A stretch of DNA of 64,000 nt from Hyphochytrium catenoides (lineage: Eukaryota; Protista; Hyphochytriomycota): contig FLMG01003519.1 of assembly GCA_900088475.1 (NCBI GenBank), positions 20,103-84,102 on the forward strand, read 5' to 3'. This document shows positions 51,818 through 62,463 of the stretch, one piece after another; position 1 is the first letter of the stretch, and every line of letters starts with the position of its first letter. The translations under genes and the position numbers were made by a program. Below the pieces are notes generated by a model that saw only the letters and a program-made list of their open reading frames with translations, searched no databases and was not told the origin of the DNA.

Positions 51818-53579
51818 TCGTGACTCCTCAGCAAATGTCCCCGCCACTTCCGGGGTGTTAAGCGGCGTTGATAAGTCTCACCGCCCGGGCAGTTTTCCCA
51901 GTGAGCTCAGAGTAGGGTTCGGCTTGGTTTGAGTCCCGGTCCTTGCGAGTCTTTCCAACGTGGAGCTCTACCGTTCTCCTGGGTGGCCGATGCATAGCTG
52001 TACATGACGGACCCTCCTATACACTCTCTACCATCACGAGTGGCAATCCAGGCCCGGCTTCTTCTTTGCCGGACAATGCAGAAAACTTAGGTTTCTGGCT
52101 ACGCAGGGCTCATCATTTGCCCCTTCTTTCTCGCCTCACTACGATGGGTATGGAGATGTTAGTCACTGCTTTATTGATTGCTTCTGAGCCTTTATTATGG
52201 ATCTTTTGTCGTAAAGGGCCATTGAAGGCCTAGTACTACGTGTTGAAAAGCGATATAAGTAGTCCTTAAAGGACCACGGCTACTGTGGCGATGTTAGTCG
52301 ATGGCCTCGCTCCTCCTCGCATGCATATCCGCTCCTCTGTCGCTCTGCCAGCTCGATGCCCAGAAGATTCTTGGTCCACAGCCCGTCGTTGTCTGAGGAC
52401 AAAGCCGACAACCTTTATCCGCAATGCAAAGAGAAGAATGTTATCTATGAGCTTGGCTGCTGGGAGCAAGGAAGGACGTTGTCGTGCAAACGTCTACTAG
52501 AAGCCTACAGGACATAACCGCTGCTCTCAAAAGAGAGAAGACGCCATTCTTTCCTTGCGTGCGGGAGATCTTTCGTCGTCTCACCTCAGCAACGCTCTAG
52601 GAGCCATAACATAGACATTCCTAGCCACCTACTAGCTCAACGATTCAGCTCCTGTTGTCAGCTCCTGTTGCTGCTGTGCCATCTACGAGAACAAGGAAAA
52701 CCCAGGCTGAGAAGGTCAAGGCACATAATCCCACGCAGCTCCACTACTGCTCTCTCTTTCTTCTCACTCGAAAGCCATCAACTCTTGGAGCCCACTGTTT
52801 TCCCTTTGAGAGCAGCACGAAGAGTGATGCCAAACAACTTCCTTTCACTCTTTAGTTCTGGATGTGAGTGAGGGGCGAGACGAAGGGCGGACCAGGGAGG
52901 TGCAGCTGACATCTTTGCAGGTTAACTTGGGGGAGCCAGAGCGAGGTATGATGCCTTGAAAAGAACGATGATGTGGCGTGGAATAGATACACGCTGTGCT
53001 TAGCTTCCCTTTCTTTCATAGATTTCAGGGTAAATCTTCTACTGTACGATGTTGGTCGGGACTGTACCACATTTGGCCGTGTCACATCATCCCTCGTCTT
53101 CGTCTTCTGCCTCTTTTTAGGGTAACATGCAGTACCTCGCAGCATTATCGCCGTTCAGTGTCCACGGAGCCGGAGGAGCAGCACACCAGCGGAGCCTCAG
53201 CATTGTCAACAGCAAGGAGATGAGAGACTTGAGAAGCCGCAGCAACAAATACTGATGATGTTTACTGGCTTTTCTTAGGCCTGGACAGCCCTGTTCGCTT
53301 CCTTCCGCTTTGCTGATGAGTGATGAGTACGTCCCCGTTGTTGGCCAGCAGAAAGAAGGCTCGCCACGAAGCGTTGTAAATCAGCAGCAGCGATCATGAT
53401 CCATACTAGATTTGTTAAGTGAATGGCGGTTGTCGTCGAAAGAAATGACAGCACTACTGACATCTCTTTATTAGTGGTAACAAGGACGCCCGCTCCTCAC
53501 TGCACCAGCAAACGCGGACTGTTCGTGCTACACTACTACTACTTTGTATCATAGTCAATGAAAGCGAGCCGCCTGGGAA

Positions 53580-53630
53580 GAAGAGGGTTTAACCACTGTC
53601 AAGGAAGAGGTTTTAATCACTGTCAAGGAA
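53580..53630. repeat. 24-bp tandem duplication (2 copies, 2 mismatches)
   Basis: gaagagg(g/t)tttaa(c/t)cactgtcaag x2. Confidence 0.9.
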
Positions 53631-54035
53631 TAAGTGTTGCTAGTGGATTGCTCTTCTTGAAGGGACAGGCGGATGGCAAGAACGGTCGGCGAAAATATTG
53701 GTCAGCCGAAGAAGAGCAAGCCATCGGGAGGCAGAGCATCAACCGAACCGAGGGCTTTGGTATCTTTTCTACCTACTACTAGCTTACAATGGCGCTTGCT
53801 TGTCTGGTCACCCACATCATCCGACAATAACAGATGATTATGCAAATGGTGTCTCCTTCTCCTCCTAATCAACCGTAACGCTTTGCTTAGCGTTATTAGA
53901 ACTATCCTTCTATCCCGTAGCTACGCAGTGCATCCCCTAAAGCGAGGCAACTGCACTGGTTCTTCATCACTGCGTGTTCGCTTATTGTTCTCATCATGAT
54001 GGAGAAGAAGAGGCTCATTAGTAGCGGTGACGTTA

Positions 54036-55835
54036 TTAGAGCAAGCTAATATCCTTCGTTGGAGTAGTGGCGGAGGCACCAGCACATCTGCTGTAAGAGT
54101 TCTCACGAAGACTGGAAGAAGATGGAGCCGCTACGTATTGGTGTTGCGGCATCAAGCTGTTACCCGCCGTAGTCATTTCGCTACCGCCGCTCTCTTTGTG
54201 CTTGCGATCAGATCGACATCGTCGGCAACACACACAGCTCGAACAGCAATGGCAAGGGACCCAGCCAACAAGGAACAGCAGTATTGCCAAGCACACATAG
54301 CCAAGGACAATCCACAAAATTGTGCGGAACTGCTGCTTGCTGGGAGGGCTCAGTAGTACCAAGGCACCTCCAATGACCAACAAGCCGGGCAGGAAGATAA
54401 AGGAAAGGCTTTTGAGAAGCACCACCTGCCAGTATTCCCCACGGCTATCAGCTTGAGGAAGCGAGCTCCCTTCTTGTTCCTCAGGCAATGCTTCGGGTCG
54501 TTTGCGGTGGATCATGTGCCCTAACAATAGTCGAGTCATACAAGCGAACAGATAGAACCCAGCCATGACTAGGTATACCACCGCGGCTGTCCGGCTAAGA
54601 GGCCGCAGTGCCCAATATTGAATACGCATAGAAGCTTCCGTCCCTAAGGAGCTGCTAATGAAGTCCCATTCTGTAAGGTAGATGACGCCACATATAACAC
54701 CAATTAGTGCACAGCCCAGAGCAACGGCTAATGTTTCTTGCAGGAACCCTCGCGATCGACTCGGGGTCAACACTAGTGCCAGTACGAACACGAAGACGGT
54801 GATCACAATTAGCACTTCTGCTGCTCTGAGAGCCGCAAAGAAGGTGTCCTGGGTGGACTCCAGAGCTGTAGAGTTGGTCAGAGGAATAGTCCAGTTCACA
54901 AGGTTAAAAAGTTGTGAGCTATTCGAATAGCCTCGTTCGTCTAACTTTGCGGAAACCTCAGTGGCGACTGAGGTGAGATTCAGTATCAGTGTGCCGCCAC
55001 CTTCTGAAGTGACTATGACCTCGTTGGGAGAACTGCCTGTGAGAATAGCCAGGAACAACTCATGTGCCAGTCCGTTAGCCACACGCCAGGCCTTGGGGAA
55101 GCTCGGAGAATAGAGAACATCGGTGAGCACATCAGTGGCTTCTTCAGACAGCTGGTCGCACGGGGGACAAGGATCTGTGCTTCCAGATGCTTCAGATACC
55201 GTCTTAGCCGCAGACGGGTTGCTGTCGATTGCCTTCTGGACTGCCGTTGCAAAGGTAAAAATAATGGCATCAAGTATCTTTGGATCAGTAGCCATCGGTG
55301 CTGTCATGGACACCCACGACGAAGTGTGCACCAAAAGTGTTCGCACATACCATCCTGTCATTGCCAAGGGCACAGCGATGACGCCGATGAATAGGATGCT
55401 CCAGAACAGGCATAAGCGAAACCAACCCCAGACTGACGGTAGCCACCAGGATGGTCCTTTGCTGTCCATCCTCGTGGTGCAGCATCCGCGGGGTCTGTCA
55501 TATTGAAGGTTGGGTCCACTACCACCCTCCTGTTGAGAGCCATCTTGTTGCTGGTGGTCCTTTGGGCTACTCTTGTTGGCCCCTTCCTGGTTGCTAAGAC
55601 TAACAAATGCTGTTGCTCCGTCTTCGATATCATGAGTATTGTCAGCAGAACGAAGAGTGACGGCGATACTGCTTGACTCGGGTTCCTCTCGTCTATTGTT
55701 GCAGGTAGTGGTGGGAGGAGAGAGGAGCGGATTCCAGATTGTAACCGGGTCCCTGGCCGTCAAACCCTTCTCTTCTTGCCCACATACATCGCCATCGCCT
55801 GGCCCCCGTTCTCCACTACTCTGACCTATCTTCAT
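54036..55835 (-). CDS. Intronless multipass membrane protein resembling an actinobacterial integral membrane protein family
   Basis: 599-aa ORF with ~6 TM segments. Core: AVPLAMTGWYVRTLLVHTSSWVSMTAPMATDPKI...VLYSPSFPKAWRVANGLAHELFLAILTG...GTLILNLTSVATEVSAKLDERG. Confidence 0.8.
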   Translation of the reverse strand: MKIGQSSGERGPGDGDVCGQEEKGLTARDPVTIWNPLLSPPTTTCNNRREEPESSSIAVTLRSADNTHDIEDGATAFVSLSNQEGANKSSPKDHQQQDGSQQEGGSGPNLQYDRPRGCCTTRMDSKGPSWWLPSVWGWFRLCLFWSILFIGVIAVPLAMTGWYVRTLLVHTSSWVSMTAPMATDPKILDAIIFTFATAVQKAIDSNPSAAKTVSEASGSTDPCPPCDQLSEEATDVLTDVLYSPSFPKAWRVANGLAHELFLAILTGSSPNEVIVTSEGGGTLILNLTSVATEVSAKLDERGYSNSSQLFNLVNWTIPLTNSTALESTQDTFFAALRAAEVLIVITVFVFVLALVLTPSRSRGFLQETLAVALGCALIGVICGVIYLTEWDFISSSLGTEASMRIQYWALRPLSRTAAVVYLVMAGFYLFACMTRLLLGHMIHRKRPEALPEEQEGSSLPQADSRGEYWQVVLLKSLSFIFLPGLLVIGGALVLLSPPSKQQFRTILWIVLGYVCLAILLFLVGWVPCHCCSSCVCCRRCRSDRKHKESGGSEMTTAGNSLMPQHQYVAAPSSSSLRENSYSRCAGASATTPTKDISLL

Positions 55836-56199
55836 AATATCGACTACTAGAGCTCCGACTCGCCGTTGGTGTCTGCTGATAGAAAGTGGTTGATGATGTC
55901 GTCGCCCTCCTACCGCGACGGGAGGAGGACGAAAGGAAGCGAGGAGTTTGAGACCGAAGAGTCTGAAAAGGGTCCGGACCTAACGGGTATGGAAACTGTT
56001 CAGCTTGTAAGGAGAGAAGCTTCTTGACAACACGCAGAGATTGGCTTCCCGCCTCTTCATAAACAGCAAGACCACTCAAGCCGTCACACTTTGCTGCTTT
56101 TTATTATTCACCGAGCTCCGCAAAAAACTATCGGGAGCATACAGGATCTCCATTTACCACTGTTATACGTGCTCATCTTCAAAGAGCGGTCTGAATGAT

Positions 56200-57250
56200 G
56201 ATATGGGTCTAGAAGAAAGAGGTAAGTGAGAAGCAACAGCACACACACGAACGCTTGGTGAGAGCTGCATTCTTCAGAGATACAGCGGTTCGTGAGGAGA
56301 AGGAAGAAGGAGGGACAGGACATTGTTGACAGCTGGGATGGCGGCAGCTGCCCACCCAAACAGCGGCAGCAAGCATCATCACACCACCCACCTATCGCCA
56401 CTACTCCTACCTAACTTCCTTCTTCTTCCACCTCTCTGCCCTTTCTATCGAGCAAGAGCCTTGTTCTCCACTGCCTTCCGGCCCTTCATGGTCTCACAGC
56501 AGCCAGCGTCAGACCGCTGTCTCTGGGTCCTCCTCCTCCTCCTCCTCCTTCACCCTGCCAACCAAACGACAGCAGCCGTACCGCCAATCCATGCAGCTCT
56601 TCTTTTTGCTGCTGCTGCTGCTGCTTCTTCGCTCCTCCTCCTCCGTTTCTTGCTCTCCTTCGGTGCTTTTTACTCCTACTAACAACAACAACAACAGTAC
56701 ACTAATAAAGACAGGCCAAAGTGTCACACCACAGCAAGCAGCAGCAGGTTCACTCAGAGGTGGTCGATGGGGCGCACAAGGAATTTGTTGATGAGGAAGA
56801 CGAAGGGTGCAGAAGGTAGGCAGGGCGGGCGCAGCTGCAGCAGGAGCACCAGCGACAACAGCAGCCAGAATCTGGTGGGCTGTGCTGGGCTTGCGAAGAC
56901 CAAAAAAGACGGAAGACAAAGCAGCAGAAGAAGTATGTCGTCTAAGGAGGCCAGAGGGTCAGCAGCAACAAAAGAAGAGTCGATGAGGAGGAGGAGAAGG
57001 AGTTGGCAAGCCAGCGCTGGCACGCCAAGAAAATGAGCAGGCAGCTGCCTCGCAACCTTTGCTGGTGATTTGTCCTTAGTTGGCGAGGAGACGACGCATA
57101 ATCTTAGTTGAAGATCCTTGTGCGTGGTGGTAGTGCTTCGAAGATCAGACATCTCTTCCAGAACGCTTCTCCATGTTGTGAGGATTGTGATCCTTTTCAA
57201 AGTAATAGTAGCATTGTGGGCGCTGGTGGTAGAGAGAAGGAGACAAAGAT
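56200..57250. repeat. Low-complexity intergenic tract with (CTC)n, (GCT)n, (AAC)n, (GAG)n microsatellites
   Basis: For example ctcctcctcctcctcctcc ~56529, gctgctgctgctgctgct ~56608 and aacaacaacaacaac ~56681. Confidence 0.8.
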
Positions 57251-57663
57251 AGGATCAAGAGGCGGACTGCTGATTGGACTGTGGTGTGGCAGCTCTGTTA
57301 TGTGACTATTGCTGCAGAGATATGCAGCTAGACCACCCGGAAGGGCGGGCAGCAAGCCCAAGGCTTTTAGGAGAGGCTACACTCTCTCCTGTCAGAGGAT
57401 CCACGAAGGCTCTTTCTCTCCTACTAATTGGTGCGCTACGCCTGCTGCGGTAATGATGGGGAGGAAGGGTGGTCGACGACAGACCTACCCGTAGAGGCCG
57501 TAAGAAGGAGTAGTTATCAGCAGCGTCTCACTTTGAACTCTGTCAAGGACCGATGACGTCCTCTCACTGGCAATAACATAAAATATCAGCACTGCTCAGC
57601 AGATCGCAGCACGCTTCAAAAAGACGAGGAAGAATCGGTATATGTTCTCAGCTCATCAATAAG

Positions 57664-58692
57664 ATGTTGCCCTCATCACCTAGAATCCCATGCCCCTCGT
57701 GTGGGAGGTCCATGGACGAGGTCGAAGGGCAGCATCGCTGCCTAGTCTGTCAACAAGGAGCCACGACAGACCCACCACCGCTATCTGACGGCTTAACGAC
57801 ACCAGAACGGACTAATAACAAGCCTTTGATGAACACAGCCACCACCATCACGCCCTCATCAAAGGACAGTGAGAAGACCAAGGCCAATATGATTAGTGAC
57901 CCTGGCTATCCTCCTTCTGACATTATGGCGGCTCCACCAGCACAGATAATAGCAGCACCGGAACAGGAGTCGATGATGACAGGGCCAACCCAGCTTCCGC
58001 TGGCCCCAGTTGTTTACGTGATGGTTCCTCCTCATCAGTCACTTCCAGCCGAGCAGCTCCAACCTCTGCCTAAGCGAGAGTGTGATGAACAAAAGTACTG
58101 GAAACCCTATACGTACGCTTGGCGGGCCGACCTGTTTGGCTGCTTTGACCATATTATCCCAAACTGCTGCGTAGCGTATTGGCTGCCGTGTATCACCTAT
58201 GCGCAGGTCAACTCGCGGATGGGTCTTCTCTCCTTTGGATGGTCGGTGGTGCTCTCGTTAACGACGTGGGCAGGAATAACGGCTGGCATCGTTATGTGGG
58301 CCGTCAAAGATTGTTACTACAGCGAAGTCTACGATCAATCCACGGGAGTATTCCTCTATTCCTACTACGTATGTGACTATGACGCTGTCAACTACATTGG
58401 CATAGTCCTTGTTTGGCTCTTCTTCCTGATCTTCATGGCCCTTCTTGGCTGGCAGCGAGTGGTTATCGTTAGAACCTTGGTACTTCCAGGAGACCCCTGC
58501 ATGGACGTCTGTCTGGCGACGCTCTGCCCATGGTGCTCCTTGGCTCAAGTTGCTACTCAGGTTGGCTCCTACAAAGAGGGCAGATGTGGTTTAGGGCCTG
58601 CACCACTTGCACGACGAGACGGATTCCAAGGAGGAGCTTATGAGACGCATCCCACGTACGCACCTCTTGCCACTCCTGGCGCTGTTGCATAG
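57664..58692 (+). CDS. PLAC8 (Cys-rich, PCR/FWL-like) membrane protein with N-terminal CxxC-CxxC motif, intronless
   Basis: WRADLFGCFD...CCVAYWLPCITYAQVNSRMG...R..IVRTLVLPGDPCMDVCLATLCPWCSLAQVATQV. Confidence 0.9.
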   Translation: MLPSSPRIPCPSCGRSMDEVEGQHRCLVCQQGATTDPPPLSDGLTTPERTNNKPLMNTATTITPSSKDSEKTKANMISDPGYPPSDIMAAPPAQIIAAPEQESMMTGPTQLPLAPVVYVMVPPHQSLPAEQLQPLPKRECDEQKYWKPYTYAWRADLFGCFDHIIPNCCVAYWLPCITYAQVNSRMGLLSFGWSVVLSLTTWAGITAGIVMWAVKDCYYSEVYDQSTGVFLYSYYVCDYDAVNYIGIVLVWLFFLIFMALLGWQRVVIVRTLVLPGDPCMDVCLATLCPWCSLAQVATQVGSYKEGRCGLGPAPLARRDGFQGGAYETHPTYAPLATPGAVA

Positions 58693-58986
58693 CTAAGTGT
58701 CCAGCTTTGAGAGCTGACAATGAAGTGCTTTGTAGGATAGGGTCATTGCGTAGACAATCTCATTTTCGACTAATGGAACAAACTCTATGTCTAGCCTTTC
58801 TTCAGTAGTAGTACGCTCCTTTCTGTCACAAAAACCAGCAGTGAGAGGAGACCTCTGTTCATTTCTCACACTCGCGAGCTTCGCCAAGGGCCCTAAGAAG
58901 GAAAATAAGAAAGCCACGCGACGCTGCTTGCCACCTCCAACTATCAGCTTGCCCATGATGATGCTACCTAGTTCCTTAATGCCAAA

Positions 58987-59064
58987 CGGAGGGGTTTGTA
59001 CCGTCGGCGAGTCTGCTAGTGCTAATTCTTTGGGGGCCGCCTGCCTGCCAGGGCATGGCAAAGG
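58987..59064. repeat. Copy 1 of a perfect 78-bp direct repeat
   Basis: cggaggggtttgtaccgtcggcgagtctgctagtgctaattctttgggggccgcctgcctgccagggcatggcaaagg. Confidence 0.95.
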
Positions 59065-59275
59065 TGGAATATCCAGGGAGGAGGGATATTAGGTTTTCCT
59101 GGCGCGGGTGTAGGATGGGGCTGACCTCCTACGTCACTTTCAGATTTCCTCGGTCAGCCTCAGCCTCTGCCGCCTGCCAAATCTAGACACGGCGGCAACG
59201 GATAGAAGAAGCGAGACTGACTAGACCTATGCGCTGCCGCAGAACAGTCAGAAACTCGGCCTGAGACAGGCTTGG

Positions 59276-59353
59276 CGGAGGGGTTTGTACCGTCGGCGAG
59301 TCTGCTAGTGCTAATTCTTTGGGGGCCGCCTGCCTGCCAGGGCATGGCAAAGG
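59276..59353. repeat. Copy 2 of the perfect 78-bp direct repeat
   Basis: Identical to 58987-59064; period 289 bp. Confidence 0.95.
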
Positions 59354-59671
59354 CTACGCTCACGGTAAGGCAAGAGAAGTAGACCAGCAAGCAGCACGAC
59401 GACTAGCTCATGCGATCGATGAACTTACAAGACTCAATAATCATCATCACTACTTTGGAGACTCATACTGCTGTCTTCCACCTTACTGCCTATTGGATGA
59501 TCATATGACGACATCGATTGATTGATAATAGTGCTCTAGCGACTTTATAACCTGGTACCTATTATCGACAGCTCACTACGCCTTCTAAGCCACCCGTTCG
59601 ACCGCACACTTGTTACCAACCGCTCAAGACCTTTTCTCCAAGAGCCAGTGTCACTGATGAACTGGCAGATC

Positions 59672-60325
59672 CTAGACTCCATCTGATGGATGGCTTACCG
59701 CCACATAGGGAGCAGCTACCTCTTGGTCCTCAGGAGTTCTCCGGACATCTTCTGCGACCCCCTGCTTAGGCAATCCCGCTGCCTTCCTAATGTTGTGATG
59801 CTTGTAGCTGTAGATAGCACACCAAAGCGATCCCAGAAAGCAAAGTGCAGTCAGGAAAGTGTAGACTGTGGCGACACGTAGAAGATCACACTTTGGAATG
59901 TGTGCACTGTCCAGTTTGTCAGATATTTGACTTTCCGCTGACGCACCAACAGAGCCAGTGGGGAGGCTAGCAAGAGCAGCGTCAATCTTATCTCGGTAGT
60001 AGTCACAGAACCTAATGAAATTGTTGGCCGCCAAGCAAACTCCAATGATGGTTAGGGAGAGAAGGAAAGAGATGTCCATGAAGATTGCCAAGTCTGGATG
60101 AAAGTGATGATGCTTGCTGCAGGTGGTTGCCAGGATCCAAACCGTCATGAAGATTATTGTCAAGCCACCGAAGGCTATTGCAGAATACACCGGACTGAGC
60201 TCGGACTGGTAGGGTGCACCATTGAGTCCAGGCGCGGCTGTACAGATTACTATCACTGCGCACACCCATGCAAGCACACGAAAGCACAGGGCGCATTTCT
60301 CGGATGAAGCGAGCGAACGAGACAT
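59672..60325 (-). CDS. MARVEL-like four-TM membrane protein, intronless
   Basis: LCFRVLAWVCAVIVI...; four hydrophobic helices; IFMDISFLLSLTIIGVCLA; C...C loop before LLRVATVYTFLTALCFLGSLW. Likely ATG at 60325. Confidence 0.75.
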   Translation of the reverse strand: MSRSLASSEKCALCFRVLAWVCAVIVICTAAPGLNGAPYQSELSPVYSAIAFGGLTIIFMTVWILATTCSKHHHFHPDLAIFMDISFLLSLTIIGVCLAANNFIRFCDYYRDKIDAALASLPTGSVGASAESQISDKLDSAHIPKCDLLRVATVYTFLTALCFLGSLWCAIYSYKHHNIRKAAGLPKQGVAEDVRRTPEDQEVAAPYVAVSHPSDGV

Positions 60326-62463
60326 TTTCTTCAGACTGAAGCGAGATCTGAAAAATAAGCGGAGTTTGGGGCTTGAGACGGTGCAGAGGAGACACGCTCG
60401 AATTATTGGCACTGAAGAAATTCAATAATGAGGCTGGAAGAGGATCTCGAGAGAGAGGAGGCTGTTGTTTGCTGGCAAGACGACCTACGGTGGACGTGTC
60501 TGAACCGTCAGACATTCTCACTCCTTTGGTCAGACATGTCCCAGGGATGATATATGACGGAGCTTATGCCGCTCAGCGCGGACACTTCATGTTGATAGTA
60601 AGGATTGAGCAGGCAGAGATAGTTCCAGCGGCGCGGAGACAGGGCTAGATGCTTTCAGTCTTATTGATCTACCTCTTTCATAGCGAACACTGATGCTGTT
60701 TTCTGTGCCCTCCCACTATTTCTACCTTAGCGCAACAGCTGCTTTGTTCACACTTTGCATGCGAACGAGGTGATACCTTTAGGCATCATCACCGCTAGGA
60801 ACACTTTCGTTTAGCTTAGAACGAGGACGGCCGCCGAGAAAAAAGAACATTGAGAGGCTGCAGAAGCTATTCGCAGATGCTTGCTCAGAAGAAGCTCGAC
60901 CAGTCGTTCTAACACTCAAAGAGCAGAGTTCTGTCTCGTCTTCGTACCCGATCTTGGCATGATGCTCTAAGTAGATCTTCTATCATCGATGTGAGAAGAC
61001 AAGTTGGTGAATTTTCTTGCTGTATATCATTTGGCATTAACGCCAGTGATCGACAGTGTGGAGGTAGAGCAAAAAAGAGAAGGATAGGACAGAAACCCTC
61101 CAACATCTAGTCGCTGTGACAGCTCCACACCGTTGTCCTCACCCCAAGCGCGTTATGAAACGCAGCTTACTCTCAACTTCAACTTTCTTTTCTCTCAGCA
61201 GGAACATCGGTTCTATTGTAGCAGCCTTACATGGGCAGCGTTCGCAGATGAAGATCCCACCCCACCTCCTGCTGCATTGCCCACAGTGGTTGTTGATGAC
61301 TGAGTTAGAGTGTTGTCGGCTGTGAATGATGATGCGGCCCTGCACAGAGACAGGCTGGGCCTGGAGTGGTGCGAGGAATCGCTGTCGCCTTGCAGTGCCG
61401 GATCAGGTGACTGGTGCTGACGCCTGTGACTTTATTAAGGGGAACGCAGCTGGGGAACGATGGGGCGATGATCTCGCAGCTGCCCAGGTAGCTTGGGACT
61501 AACGCTATAAAAGGTCCCTCCTACATACAGTCGTCGTTGCGGTTTGAACCTCTTTGTATCCCTACAAGTACAACTGTACCATTTTCTGGGCTTCCTACAA
61601 AATAATACAAGACCTTTTACGAATAATTGTTGAACAAGTTAACCGTAAGTACAACACACCGTACCAAAGATACAGGGGTTTTGCCAAAACATGTCTCCTC
61701 GCTTTTGTTATCTGTTATCTGTAGAACCATCACAGCCTAAAACTACTTCCTAGTATACTAGTAAATAAGAGATGCCTTTTCGCTCGTTATTATTATAGCG
61801 TGTCCTTTGATGTTAACCTCTACCTATTTTTAGTGGTTAGAACTAGGGGTTCTAAGTTGGGAGACCAAGGGACGAACTGGTGTAAGGGCAAAGTAAGAAC
61901 TACGGAGTACTAGGAATTGGAGTACTTGAGGAGCGAACAACCTGGAGGTTGGACTCTACATTGCCTTAGGAATAACCCTTGGTATGTATGATGCCTTGCA
62001 CCTCATAGTCTTGGCCTTCTAGAATACCCTCTCTAGACAAGCTGGCTCCCTCAGCTTCCTGCTGGTTAATGAACTGCTGCAGCTATGATGAGGATGAGCA
62101 CCTCGTGTGCCATACCTGGCTACCTTCTCTCTCCAGCAGAGGTAGAAAATCCAACCTTTCCTCCTGTTTGGCAACAAAGACTGCTGGGCCTGTTATCACC
62201 AAGCAATGGTACTTCGTTTTCCTTACCTCCCAGACTGGACAAAGCTTCTTCCCGCCACGGACAAGTCCAGACCCTCGGGCAGGGCAAGCCACGGGATGAT
62301 CGTGACAGCGAAGGCATGCAGCAAGAGTCTGGGTTCTTCACCTTCCGTCGATACTCAGGTCTTTTTCCCGATAGTACTCATTATCCCACTTGTCGGCCTA
62401 TCTTATAGCTGTAGTACTCGACGCCCTCAAGCAGAATCGAAGCCAAATACCATCACTGCTACT

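Noticed and set aside
56108-57494. Several 60-150-aa ORFs on both strands
   Set aside because: Poly-Leu/Ser/Glu/Ala products arising from trinucleotide microsatellites, with no domain signal.
58987-59353. CRISPR-like array
   Set aside because: Only two copies, with repeat and spacer lengths outside CRISPR ranges, no cas genes, and a eukaryotic context.
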